A DNA stretch of 64,000 nt, from the sequence record DRR723986_637. The stretch is one strand, 5' to 3'. Below the pieces are notes generated by a model, which saw only the letters and a list, made by a program, of their open reading frames with translations, did not search any database and was not told the DNA's origin. Made by a program: the position numbers and the translations under genes. Shown here piece after piece: positions 30,415 to 40,827 of the stretch; position 1 is the stretch's first letter, and each line of letters begins with the position of its first letter.

Positions 30415-31692
30415 CTATTCTTTATAAATAACACCATTTTTCATAACAAAGCTCACATTCTCCATTGTTGATATATTTTCTGTTGGATCATCGTCAACAG
30501 CAATAATATCTGCTAAGTAGCCTTCTTTTAATTGACCTAACTGATTTTCCATTTTTAATATCATAGCATTAGTCACTGTTGCACTTTGAATTGCCTCCAT
30601 TGCAGGCATACCAGCTTCTACCATATACCCAAACTCTTTACCGTTATTACCATGATAAAAAACGGCGGCGTCAGTTCCAAAGGCAATCCCAACGCCAGCT
30701 TTATAGGCTCTAGCAAACATATCCTGAATTTTTGGACCGATATCTAGCGCCTTTGGTACAATCATGGCAGGATAATAATTTGGTATTTTTGCCTTTTCAG
30801 ACACAAATTTACCAGCACTAATCGTAGGTACTAAATACACATCGTACTTTTTCATAAGTTCCATAGTTTCAGCACTCATTAATGTGCCATGCTCTATAGT
30901 TTTAACGCCTCCTAAAATGGCGCGCTGCATTCCCTCATCACCATGAGCATGTGCTGCTACATGGAAACCGTAGTCCTTTGCCGTTTCGCAAATGGCTTTT
31001 ATTTCCTCTATGGTGAACTGTGGATTTTGTCCACTTTTAGCAACACTTAACACACCTCCTGTTGCGGTAATTTTTATGAGATCTGCACCATTCTTATAAC
31101 GTTGTCTCACTGCTTTCTTGGCATCCTCAACACCATTGACAACTCCTTCCTTTGGGCCAGGATTGCCTACTATACTCTTTTTAGCTCCATTGGTCGGATC
31201 TGCATGACCTCCTGTCGTGGCCAAAGCTTTTTCTGCAGTAAAAATTCTTGGACCATTTACTTTATTAGCGTTTATAGCATTTCTCAAAGAAACGTTTACT
31301 CCAGAACCACCTAAATCTCTAACTGTAGTAAATCCACTCATCAAAGTAATTTCTGCGTATTGCACAGAGTTAAAAGCAACATCGGCATCATTAAGTGTAT
31401 AAGCTTCTAGATATTTTTTTGGATTTGTCTCGCTTTCAATATGTACATGCATATCAATTAATCCAGGCATTACCGTTTTGGTTTTTAAGTCTATTATCTT
31501 ATCATCGGTATTCTCAGGAATTACATAACCATTCTCTATTTTTAAGATTTTATTTTTTGCGACTACAATTGTTTTTTCTGTAAGAATCTCACCAGATTTA
31601 GTGTCAATTAATTTGCCACAGTGTAGATAGGTGTTTTGCGATGATAGAGACACCGTCATCATTATCAGCAAAAGTTTCAAAATCGTTTTCAT
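30415..31692 (-). CDS. Exported metal-dependent amidohydrolase (Xaa-Pro dipeptidase-like)
   Basis: PGLIDMHVH, GFTTVRDLG, AAHAHG, IEHG and FGTDA. Confidence 0.88.
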   Translation of the reverse strand: MKTILKLLLIMMTVSLSSQNTYLHCGKLIDTKSGEILTEKTIVVAKNKILKIENGYVIPENTDDKIIDLKTKTVMPGLIDMHVHIESETNPKKYLEAYTLNDADVAFNSVQYAEITLMSGFTTVRDLGGSGVNVSLRNAINANKVNGPRIFTAEKALATTGGHADPTNGAKKSIVGNPGPKEGVVNGVEDAKKAVRQRYKNGADLIKITATGGVLSVAKSGQNPQFTIEEIKAICETAKDYGFHVAAHAHGDEGMQRAILGGVKTIEHGTLMSAETMELMKKYDVYLVPTISAGKFVSEKAKIPNYYPAMIVPKALDIGPKIQDMFARAYKAGVGIAFGTDAAVFYHGNNGKEFGYMVEAGMPAMEAIQSATVTNAMILKMENQLGQLKEGYLADIIAVDDDPTENISTMENVSFVMKNGVIYKE

Positions 31693-31702
31693 AAATAAAA
31701 TA

Positions 31703-32719
31703 TTAGTTTTTAATTTTTTGCTCCCATTTCCATGCGGAGTTCAATGCATCATCTAGTGTTAATTCTGCCTGCCAACCAAGGACATCATTAGCCTTTTTAG
31801 TTTCAGCAAAAATTGCAGTGACATCACCTTCTCGCCTATTCACTATTTTATAATTCAACTTTAATCCAGACACCTTTTCAAATGAATTAATGACTTCTAA
31901 AACAGAACTACCTTTACCAGTACCAATATTAAAAACCTCATAGTTTGAGTTGTTTTTATTGTGCAATAGGCGTTTTAAAGCAGCAACATGCGCTTTGGCT
32001 AAGTCTACAATATGGATATAATCTCGAACACAAGTTCCGTCTGAAGTTGGATAATCTCCTCCAAATACTGATAGTTGCTCTCGTTTTCCAATAGCGGTTT
32101 GTGTTATAAAAGGTACTAAATTCTGAGGCACACCTATTGGCAATTCTCCGATTTCTGCAGTAGGATGCGCGCCAATTGGATTAAAATATCTCAAAGATAT
32201 TGCGTTTAAACTATCATTAACTTTACAAGTATCACGTATAATTTCTTCACCAACTTGTTTTGTATTGCCGTAAGGAGATTGAGCCGGAATTATTGGTGCA
32301 TTCTCTGAAATGGGTAATTTATCTGTCTCACCATATACCGTACATGAGGAGCTAAAAATAAAATTTTGCTGTTCTAAACCTATTACTTCTTTTAATACGT
32401 AAACTAATGTGTTAATATTATTTTCATAGTACAGCAAAGGATTTTCTACACTTTCGCCTACCGCTTTATTGGCAGCAAAATGAATAACACCAACTAAATC
32501 ATTTTGTTTGCTAAAAAACTCCTCAACATCTTTTTTTACTTTTAAATCAAGTTCTAAAAATTGAGGTGAAATGCCGGTAATTGATGAAATACCGTCTAAA
32601 ACCTTAACCGTTGAGTTACTTAAATCATCAATTATAATAACTTCAAAACCTTCATTTTGAAGCTCCACAACAGTATGTGAGCCAATATATCCAAGACCTC
32701 CAGTTACTAAAACCTTCAT
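31703..32719 (-). CDS. galE: UDP-glucose 4-epimerase
   Basis: GGLGYIGSH, YGNTK, LRYFNP and RDYIH. Confidence 0.95.
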   Translation of the reverse strand: MKVLVTGGLGYIGSHTVVELQNEGFEVIIIDDLSNSTVKVLDGISSITGISPQFLELDLKVKKDVEEFFSKQNDLVGVIHFAANKAVGESVENPLLYYENNINTLVYVLKEVIGLEQQNFIFSSSCTVYGETDKLPISENAPIIPAQSPYGNTKQVGEEIIRDTCKVNDSLNAISLRYFNPIGAHPTAEIGELPIGVPQNLVPFITQTAIGKREQLSVFGGDYPTSDGTCVRDYIHIVDLAKAHVAALKRLLHNKNNSNYEVFNIGTGKGSSVLEVINSFEKVSGLKLNYKIVNRREGDVTAIFAETKKANDVLGWQAELTLDDALNSAWKWEQKIKN

Positions 32720-32727
32720 AATTATAA

Positions 32728-33882
32728 CTAGCTATTTATAAAATCTAATACAGTAGTGGTTATAAATGAGATTTGCTCATCATCTAATTCAGTATGCATT
32801 GGTAATGAAATTACAGATTGTACAAGTTCATTTGTAACTGTAAAATCAGCTTCATCGTAGCGATCATCTAAATATGCTTTTTGTCTGTGTAAAGGAATAG
32901 GATAATAAACACCACAAGGAATATTTTTAGCTTGTAAATGAGCTACTAATCCATCTCTATCAACATCTTTTAAATTTAATGTATACTGATGAAACACATG
33001 ACAATCGCAAGTATCACATATACCATTACACTCCGTTAACCCACTAGGTATAGTAATTTTAGGATGATTTTTAAAAGCCTCATTATATTTTCTTGCTGCA
33101 TTTCTTCTGGCATTATTATACTTATCCAAATGCGGAAGCTTTGCATCTAAAACAGCAGCTTGAATAGAGTCTAATCTAGAGTTTACTCCAACAACATCAT
33201 GATGATATCTTTTATACATGCCATGATTAACAATACCTCTAATGGTATGTGCTAAATCATCATCATTAGTAAAAATAGCACCACCATCTCCATAGCATCC
33301 TAAATTTTTTGATGGAAAGAATGATGTAGAAGCCACATGACCAATAACACCTGTTTTTGTTTTAGAACCATCTTTATGTTTATAGTTTGCACCAATTCCT
33401 TGAGCATTATCTTCAATTACAAATAAATCATGCTCCTTGGCAAGGTTCATAATCTCATCCATATTTGCCGCTAAACCAAATAAATGTACAGGGACAATAG
33501 CCTTAGTTTTTGGTGTAATAGCTTTTTTAACAGCGTCTATATCTATATTAAAAGTTACAGGGTCTACATCCACCAAAACGGGAGTTAGATGCAATAAGGC
33601 TATTACTTCTACTGTAGCTGCAAATGTAAAATCTGCAGTGATAACCTCATCACCAGGTTTTAAACCTAAACCCATCATTGCAATTTGTAAAGCATCTGTA
33701 CCATTAGCGCATGGTATAACATGTTTTACATTTAAGTAATCTTCAAGATTTTTTTGAAATTGATGAACTTTTGGACCATTGATAAAGGCTGCACTATTCA
33801 TCACTTCTTCTATGGAAGAATCTACTATATCTTTTATTCTTGCATATTGACCTTGAAGGTCAACCATCTGGATTTTTTTCAT
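32728..33882 (-). CDS. DegT/DnrJ/EryC1/StrS PLP-dependent aminotransferase
   Basis: NGTDAL, EDNAQ and SFFPSKNLG. Confidence 0.93.
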   Translation of the reverse strand: MKKIQMVDLQGQYARIKDIVDSSIEEVMNSAAFINGPKVHQFQKNLEDYLNVKHVIPCANGTDALQIAMMGLGLKPGDEVITADFTFAATVEVIALLHLTPVLVDVDPVTFNIDIDAVKKAITPKTKAIVPVHLFGLAANMDEIMNLAKEHDLFVIEDNAQGIGANYKHKDGSKTKTGVIGHVASTSFFPSKNLGCYGDGGAIFTNDDDLAHTIRGIVNHGMYKRYHHDVVGVNSRLDSIQAAVLDAKLPHLDKYNNARRNAARKYNEAFKNHPKITIPSGLTECNGICDTCDCHVFHQYTLNLKDVDRDGLVAHLQAKNIPCGVYYPIPLHRQKAYLDDRYDEADFTVTNELVQSVISLPMHTELDDEQISFITTTVLDFINS

Positions 33883-34002
33883 TCTTAATGACTGAATTTA
33901 GTAAATAAAGAAAGCTCTTGGCTTGTAGCGAAAATACAAAATTGTAATGGCTATGCCAATGCATTTATGTAAAGTAATGTATTTTAGCATAAATATTTTT
34001 TA

Positions 34003-35235
34003 TTGAGACAACTCTATTCCATAGGAATTAATATTGCATCTGTTATTCTTCAGATTTTAGCCCTGTTTAATAACAAATTAAAACTTGGTGTTGTTGGCCG
34101 AAATAAGACATTTAACAAGCTTAGGGCTGCAATTAAATCTGATGATAAAACGTTTTGGTTTCATTGCGCTTCGTTGGGTGAATACGAACAAGGATTACCT
34201 GTATTTGAAGCTTTACGTCGTCAATATCCTGAGTATATAATAGTTTTAACGTTTTTTTCTCCATCTGGCTATGAGGTTAGAAAGAATACATCCATTGCAG
34301 ATGTGGTTGCCTATCTCCCATTAGATACAAAAAGAAATGCAAAGCGATTTATCAATCTTATTCATCCAGAATATGTCATTTTTGTAAAATATGAGATTTG
34401 GCCAAACTATTTAAATGAGTTAAAGAAACTTAACACAAAGGCTATTCTTATTTCTGCACTATTCAGAAAGAACCAAAGCTTTTTTAAATGGTATGGTAAT
34501 TTTATGAGAAATTCACTCTGTGCATTTCAACATATATTTACACAAGATCAAAATTCATTAGAACTTTTAGAATCTATCAATTACACTAATGTCTCTGTAG
34601 CTGGAGACACAAGGTTTGACAGGGTAACCAATCAACTAGAATTTGATAACACGCTGTCATTTATAGAAGATTTTAAGAATAATCATCTTTGTGTTGTTTT
34701 TGGCAGTACGTGGCCAGAAGATGACAAATTATTTATTGATTTTATTAATAATAGTGAATCTCAACTCAAATTTATTATTGCTCCACATAATATTAAATCA
34801 AATTACATAGTTTCATTGAAATCACAAATCAAGGTAAGTACAGTCTGTTATTCTGAAATGACCAATGAGGATTTATCTAAATACAAGGTATTTATTCTAG
34901 ATACAATTGGGTATTTGAGTAAGGTCTATAGTTACACTGATGTGGCTTATGTTGGTGGTGGAGCTGGACACACTGGATTACACAACATTTTAGAGCCTAG
35001 TGTTTTTGGTATACCTTTAATTATCGGTAAAAACTATTCAAAATTCCCTGAAGCCAAACAGCTAATTGACTTAGGTGGCTTAACTTCTGTAAATAATGCT
35101 AGTGCCTTTGAATTAGAATTGACTGAATTAATCAATGATTCAGATAAAAGGAAAAACCAAGGATTGATAAATAAAAAATTTATTGAAAAAAACAAAGGTG
35201 CTGTGGTCCAAATCCTTAATTACATACGTATATAG
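34003..35235 (+). CDS. waaA: Kdo transferase
   Basis: WFHCASLGE, GDTRFD, GSTW and HNILEP. Confidence 0.92.
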   Translation: MRQLYSIGINIASVILQILALFNNKLKLGVVGRNKTFNKLRAAIKSDDKTFWFHCASLGEYEQGLPVFEALRRQYPEYIIVLTFFSPSGYEVRKNTSIADVVAYLPLDTKRNAKRFINLIHPEYVIFVKYEIWPNYLNELKKLNTKAILISALFRKNQSFFKWYGNFMRNSLCAFQHIFTQDQNSLELLESINYTNVSVAGDTRFDRVTNQLEFDNTLSFIEDFKNNHLCVVFGSTWPEDDKLFIDFINNSESQLKFIIAPHNIKSNYIVSLKSQIKVSTVCYSEMTNEDLSKYKVFILDTIGYLSKVYSYTDVAYVGGGAGHTGLHNILEPSVFGIPLIIGKNYSKFPEAKQLIDLGGLTSVNNASAFELELTELINDSDKRKNQGLINKKFIEKNKGAVVQILNYIRI

Positions 35236-35331
35236 CTCGTATGTATTGCAATAATCAATGAAAAAATGTTAAAAATTCATTGAATTTATTATTTACGTAC
35301 ATTAACATAAATTAACACTAAAACTATTCAA

Positions 35332-35712
35332 ATGAAAAAAGTTGTATTAAGCTTGGCATTAGTTGCTATGCTAGGATTATCATTCACATCATGTAGAGAA
35401 ACAAAAGAAAAGACAGAAGAAGCTGTAGAAAACGCTGCAGAAGCTACTGGAGACGCAATGGAAGACGCTGCTAACGCAGTTGAAGAAGCAGCAGATAGTG
35501 CAGCTGATGCTGCAGGAGATGCTGTTGACAATGCTGTAGATGCTGCCGCTGACGCTGTAGATAGCGCTAAAGAAGGAGCTGAAGAAATGGCAAATGACGC
35601 AAAAGAAGCTGCTAATGATGCAGTAGACAAAGCTAAAGAAGCTGGTAATGACGCAATGGACAAGGCTAAAAAGGCTGGTAACGATGCGGTTGATAATATG
35701 AAAGGTAACTAA
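35332..35712 (+). CDS. Small Ala/Asp/Glu-rich lipoprotein with 11-residue repeats
   Basis: Lipobox FTSC; repeats such as AVDKAKEAGND and AMDKAKKAGND; own terminator. Confidence 0.85.
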   Translation: MKKVVLSLALVAMLGLSFTSCRETKEKTEEAVENAAEATGDAMEDAANAVEEAADSAADAAGDAVDNAVDAAADAVDSAKEGAEEMANDAKEAANDAVDKAKEAGNDAMDKAKKAGNDAVDNMKGN

Positions 35713-35732
35713 TCCCTTTTCGTTATAAAACT

Positions 35733-35762
35733 AAAAAGCCTGATTTTCATCAGGCTTTTTTT
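35733..35762 (+). terminator. Terminator
   Basis: AAAAAGCCTGAT-TTTC-ATCAGGCTTTTTTT. Confidence 0.9.
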
Positions 35763-35816
35763 ATGGCTATTTACGACATATTCTTATATTGCTTATTCAA
35801 TCAATTTTAAGCATTA

Positions 35817-36105
35817 ATGAAAATTATCTTATCACTATCACTTCTACTTTTTAGCCTACTATCATTTTCTCAAGACAAAATTCCTTACATCGATTATGAT
35901 GACATTGCAGTAGAAGTTGCAAAGTATTCCGGAGAAGAAAAATATAATAAAGTACTATAATCATTAGCCAAGGTCAATAAAAATCAACGCAGACGAATAT
36001 TATAAAATTAATCGCATACCTGTGACTATTTACGAAGATTATAGACGTGTGATTAATAGTGTAGCAGATTTTAATAAAATAACTTTGGTACTAGTAAAAG
36101 AGTAG
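35817..36105 (+). pseudogene. Chimeric remnant: start of a secreted protein joined out of frame to the end of a DUF3857/transglutaminase-like gene
   Basis: 35817-35960 reads MKIILSLSLLLFSLLSFSQDKIPYIDYDDIAVEVAKYSGEEKYNKVL*; 35983-36105 reads INADEYYKINRIPVTIYEDYRRVINSVADFNKITLVLVKE* with no start. Confidence 0.65.
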
Positions 36106-36109
36106 AAAT

Positions 36110-37108
36110 TTAAGTTGTTGACTCACTCAGTTTTAACTCACTAGGCACTACGATGGTCTGCATTAAGTGTTCTTCATTGCTTAGATTTTCTACAAGCAAT
36201 TTCATAGACATCTCACCAATTTTATGTGCTTTTTGATGTATAATTGAGATCTTAGGACTGGAAATTAACTGTGTATGTTCATACCCAAAGCCTACTACAG
36301 ACATATCTTTTGGTATTTGTTTACCAAATTTCTTTGCCATGTTTATAGCCACAATGCCTGTAATATGATCAATTGATAATACAGCATCTATATTTTTATG
36401 TTTTTGTAAATAGTCTAATATGCACTGCTCTACGTTATCTGCATTATCTAACTTTAATACATTAGGTGTTAAACTATAGGATTCCATAGCTTTTGTATAA
36501 CCGTTAATCCTTAGTTTACCAACGCTTAATTCTTCTATATTACTTACTAATAAAATATTTTTACGTTTTTCATTTGTAATTAAATGAACTGTTGTTTCGT
36601 ATACCGATTGAAAATCATCAACAATAACTTTATCACATTCTATTTCGGTAATAACCCTATCAAACATTAAAACTGGGATCTTACTATCTATTGTTTTTTG
36701 AATATGATCAATTTCCTTCTTAACCTGACTTTCTCTTGCTACAGCCATTATAAATCCGTCTACACTACCGTTAGATAATAATTCCAGGCTTCGTTGTTCT
36801 TTTTCTAATGTTTCATTGGATAAACAAACGATAATGTCATAATCACTATTTGCTGCTGTTGTCTCTATACCATGTAAAACCTCTGCAAAAAACGGATTTG
36901 TAACGGTCGGGAGAATAACACCAATAGTTTTTGTTTTATTTGTTTTTAACTGTTGTGCAATTCTATTTGGCTTATAATTTAGTTTTGTTGCCAATTCTTT
37001 TACACGTTTTCTTGTATTTTCACTTATCTCGTGGCTATCATTCAATGCCTTTGAAACAGTAGAAACAGATATATTTAAAAGTTTTGCAAGCTCTTTTAGT
37101 GTGGTCAT
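36110..37108 (-). CDS. LacI-family transcriptional regulator
   Basis: TLKELAKLLNISVSTVSKALND HTH, YKPN hinge and sugar-binding domain. Confidence 0.95.
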   Translation of the reverse strand: MTTLKELAKLLNISVSTVSKALNDSHEISENTRKRVKELATKLNYKPNRIAQQLKTNKTKTIGVILPTVTNPFFAEVLHGIETTAANSDYDIIVCLSNETLEKEQRSLELLSNGSVDGFIMAVARESQVKKEIDHIQKTIDSKIPVLMFDRVITEIECDKVIVDDFQSVYETTVHLITNEKRKNILLVSNIEELSVGKLRINGYTKAMESYSLTPNVLKLDNADNVEQCILDYLQKHKNIDAVLSIDHITGIVAINMAKKFGKQIPKDMSVVGFGYEHTQLISSPKISIIHQKAHKIGEMSMKLLVENLSNEEHLMQTIVVPSELKLSESTT

Positions 37109-37168
37109 TGGTATACGCTTTTTAAAGTTAAGAACAAATTGATCCTTTATCTGATTAGTTTGGATATA

Positions 37169-39286
37169 TTATTTTAAGATTTGTGATTTCGCTTTGTCTG
37201 CATTGATAACAGGCAGTTTACAAGTACCATTTACACATACATAAATAAATGTTTCGCCCTCAATAAATTTATTCTTTAATAAAGGTAAATCACTATTTTC
37301 AGAATCGCCAGACATAAGGATATTCGGCAAATAGTAATTGTTTAACTCAATCATTTTTTCTAGTGCTTCTTTACCAGAAATTGCTACCTCATAATATGGA
37401 TTTGAATAGTTTAGATATAAGGACATCCAATTTGTATATCCTGAGGGTGCTTTCTCAATATCTGGTTGAATATTACTAAGCATCTGTTTTGCAGAATTGA
37501 TATAATTTTTATCATAGAAGTAACGACTTAACTTAAATAAATTATCTGCCATCACAGAATTAGAGGCAGGTATGACATTATCTAAAACCTCCATTTTTCG
37601 TGCAATTAAACTAGCAGATGTCTTATTAGTAAAGTACAACATACTCGTATTTTCATCCAAGAAATGTTCTAAAGTATAATCTGTTAGTTGTTTTGCTAGA
37701 GTAAGCCACTTATCGTCAAATGTAACTTGATAAAGCGCTATAAATGCAGAAATAGTATGTGCATAGTCCTCTGAAAATCCACTAATTGTACTTTTTCCAT
37801 CTTTGTAACTATGGAAAAGAGAACCATCTTCTTGCAGCTGGTTGTTCACAATAAAGTTGGCATTATTCTTAGCCGTTTTGAGATAAACCTCATTACCCAA
37901 TGCCTTATATGCATTTACATATGCCTCTAACATTAAAGCATTCCAAGAGGTTAAAACTTTGTCATCAGTTTTCGGGCGATTTCTTAATGCTCTTGCTTTA
38001 AATAATTTTGCCTTCCAAAGTGCAACTTTACTCTGTAAATCAGTTAACTCAATAGAATTTGATTTAGCGAACTCAACATCAGTTTGAGTTTTGTAGAGTA
38101 TATATTTATCATTCTCCCATTTACAAATCTCATTAATATTGTAATAAGATGAGAATAGATCATAATCACCTTCTAGAATTGATTTTAGTTGGGCTACGTC
38201 CCAAACATAAAATGCGCCTTCTTCAACTTCACCATTTACATTCTTACTATCCGCGTCTAAAGATGAATAAAATGCGCCTTCACCTTGTAATAATTCTCTT
38301 TCTACAAAAGACAACGTCTTTTGAATTACATCGCTGTAATTTTTGTTTTTAGTCAATTGATAAGCCTTTGAATAGAGACTGACAAGTTGAGCATTATCAT
38401 AGAGCATTTTTTCAAAATGCGGTACATGCCATCTTTCATCAACAGAGTAACGCGAAAACCCACCTCCAATTTGATCGTAAATACCACCATTTGCCATTTT
38501 TAATAGTGTGGTCTCTACATAACTTTGAATATCGTTATTATTTGTTTGGTAGCTGTATCGCAATAGAAATTCCAAATTACTCGGCATAGGAAATTTAGGT
38601 GCATTCGCTAAGCCACCATTTTTAAAATCTAAAGATGTCTCTAATTTTGTTACAATGGCATTTAATTTAACATCAGTAAATAAAACCTCTCCTTTTTTAA
38701 CTTCAATAAGGTTAGATTTTTGTACACCTTCAGTGAGCTTTTGAGCGTATGCAATTACCTTTTGCGGATCATTAGCATAAAGCTCTGACATATCCGTAAG
38801 AATTTTTACCCATTGTTTCTTAGAAAAATATGTTCCTCCAAAGACTGGTCTACCATCTGGTAATGCAATACAATTTAAAGGCCAACCACTACTACCTGTC
38901 ATTAGCTGAACGGCATTCATATACACTTGGTCAATATCTGGTCTTTCCTCACGATCTACTTTAATACTAATGAAGTTATCATTCATTATTTTGGCTATAG
39001 AATCGTTTTCAAAGCTTTCTTCCTCCATGACATGGCACCAATGACAAGCTGAGTAACCTACAGAAATAACAATTAACTTATTCTCTTCCTTGGCTTGTTG
39101 CAATGCACTTTCACTCCATGGTTTCCAATTTACTGGATTATAAGCATGCTGAAGCAAATAAGGACTAGTTTCATTAATTAAGTCATTTGGTTTGGACTCT
39201 ACTATCTTATGAACTGGAGTTTTTTGTTGGTTACAACCGAATGCCATTAAAGCAACAAATAATATAAATATCGTCTTTTTAATCAC
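37169..39286 (-). CDS. YyaL/DUF255 thioredoxin-domain lipoprotein
   Basis: Lipobox [27 protein letters not shown] and [10 protein letters not shown]. Confidence 0.9.
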   Translation of the reverse strand: MIKKTIFILFVALMAFGCNQQKTPVHKIVESKPNDLINETSPYLLQHAYNPVNWKPWSESALQQAKEENKLIVISVGYSACHWCHVMEEESFENDSIAKIMNDNFISIKVDREERPDIDQVYMNAVQLMTGSSGWPLNCIALPDGRPVFGGTYFSKKQWVKILTDMSELYANDPQKVIAYAQKLTEGVQKSNLIEVKKGEVLFTDVKLNAIVTKLETSLDFKNGGLANAPKFPMPSNLEFLLRYSYQTNNNDIQSYVETTLLKMANGGIYDQIGGGFSRYSVDERWHVPHFEKMLYDNAQLVSLYSKAYQLTKNKNYSDVIQKTLSFVERELLQGEGAFYSSLDADSKNVNGEVEEGAFYVWDVAQLKSILEGDYDLFSSYYNINEICKWENDKYILYKTQTDVEFAKSNSIELTDLQSKVALWKAKLFKARALRNRPKTDDKVLTSWNALMLEAYVNAYKALGNEVYLKTAKNNANFIVNNQLQEDGSLFHSYKDGKSTISGFSEDYAHTISAFIALYQVTFDDKWLTLAKQLTDYTLEHFLDENTSMLYFTNKTSASLIARKMEVLDNVIPASNSVMADNLFKLSRYFYDKNYINSAKQMLSNIQPDIEKAPSGYTNWMSLYLNYSNPYYEVAISGKEALEKMIELNNYYLPNILMSGDSENSDLPLLKNKFIEGETFIYVCVNGTCKLPVINADKAKSQILK

Positions 39287-39386
39287 TTAGAATTAAATTT
39301 AGTGAATTGAAAATTTACAATCTAAAAGGTCTGTTATAAAATTGTAACACACTTTAAACTTTCAACCACATATAGAGTAATAAGAA

Positions 39387-40682
39387 TTAATGTCTAACAA
39401 GTTTTACTGTTTTAGTACTATTAAATCCTTCAATTCTAGCAAAATACACACCTGTTTTAAATTTTGAAGCGTTTATTGTTGTCTCAGAAGCTCTAGGCGT
39501 AATAGTTAATATTTCTTTTCCTAAAATATCAAATAATGACACTTTGTATATTTCAAAATTGCTCTTGATATACCACTCTTCATTTGTTGGGTTAGGATAT
39601 ACGCTAAAACTTTCAATGTCAAATTCATTTATAGAAAGTGAGTTTTGAGTTAAAAGAATATTATCTATATACACAATACCACTATTATCTACACTATCAT
39701 TAAGAGGACTAAATTTCCATTGCCATAATGCCGTATCTGCAAATCCTATATTTGTAAAGAAAGACATTGGAATTTCAACCGAAGTCCAAGCTTCATTTAC
39801 AATGGCTTCTTGAATACTAATTTGGTACTTATGTTCGGTTATTCCTCCATTGTTACTGATTAAAACAAAATCAAAACCAACAACCGTTGGACCAGCCCAA
39901 TAATCAAATGAAACAAAATCATAAGCAGATACATCGTCAGGACCACCTTCACCTTGTCCCCATCCTGCAATACCAAAATTAAATTTAAGTGCTTTATTCT
40001 CTGCAACCGAAGGGTCTAAGTCTGGTTCACCAGAAAGAGAACCAAAATTATAAGCAACCGGAAAATTAGTTGAAAAACCTGGGTTATCATTATAGATACT
40101 ATAAACCTCAGAATCTTGTGCGTTTGGTATATTGGCCGGACCAGAAGGAACTGGATCTGGTGGAATTACAGATCCGTTTGGTCCATTTATATCATCAATA
40201 TAATAAGTACCAGTTGCAGTATTACCTACACCAGAATCTGCAAATAAGACTAAAATTGGATAATCACTAGCTAAACCTGTACCAAAATCAATAGTTACTG
40301 TTTGCCATCCAGCAGCTGTAGTACTAAAGTATAGTTCAGTTGCTGTTGGCTGGGTTGAAGCTCCTTCTAATTTTAGTAAATGCGTTCTAGGTGTTGCATC
40401 TGGTGTCCAAAACTCCAAAGTTATGGTGTTATTATTGTTATCTGATAAATCAATGTATGTACCCATGTTAATAGATGCACCATCAAAGTCTACACCATTA
40501 CTAGTTAATTCTAAAACTTGGTTAGACACATTTGTTGGGTCCACCACAACCGCAGTTGTTGCACCATTAAAAGCACTCCAATTATCATCTTCGGGAACTT
40601 CAAAATCTAGAGGGAATTCTTGAGCCATAATGCCACTAAGCGGCAATATAAAGGCTAAACATAAAAACGTAATTTTTTTCAT
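39387..40682 (-). CDS. T9SS-secreted protein with CBM-like domains
   Basis: Signal peptide; YYIDDI and YIDNILL strand ends; type A CTD (VYPNP..DILGK..GVYF..KLVRH). Confidence 0.85.
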   Translation of the reverse strand: MKKITFLCLAFILPLSGIMAQEFPLDFEVPEDDNWSAFNGATTAVVVDPTNVSNQVLELTSNGVDFDGASINMGTYIDLSDNNNNTITLEFWTPDATPRTHLLKLEGASTQPTATELYFSTTAAGWQTVTIDFGTGLASDYPILVLFADSGVGNTATGTYYIDDINGPNGSVIPPDPVPSGPANIPNAQDSEVYSIYNDNPGFSTNFPVAYNFGSLSGEPDLDPSVAENKALKFNFGIAGWGQGEGGPDDVSAYDFVSFDYWAGPTVVGFDFVLISNNGGITEHKYQISIQEAIVNEAWTSVEIPMSFFTNIGFADTALWQWKFSPLNDSVDNSGIVYIDNILLTQNSLSINEFDIESFSVYPNPTNEEWYIKSNFEIYKVSLFDILGKEILTITPRASETTINASKFKTGVYFARIEGFNSTKTVKLVRH

Positions 40683-40767
40683 AACTTAATTATTTAGCTA
40701 AGACATCTCAAATGGAATATGAGATGTCAATTTTATTATTTTAGAAAATGTCAGTAAATTTAAAATT

Positions 40768-40802
40768 AAAAAAAAGCGCGTTTGTTATTTAAACACGCTT
40801 TT
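40768..40802 (-). terminator. Terminator between the two T9SS genes
   Basis: Minus strand GCGUGUUU...AAACGCGC followed by U8. Confidence 0.75.
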
Positions 40803-40827
40803 CTAATATTAATAAATAAAATTACTC

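Noticed and set aside
35328-35663. Minus-strand Ala/Ser-rich 111-aa ORF
   Set aside because: Antisense mirror of the repeat lipoprotein, which has the lipobox and terminator
35420-35700. 33-bp periodicity as a possible CRISPR array
   Set aside because: Degenerate in-frame coding repeats with no constant repeat and unique spacer structure; no cas genes
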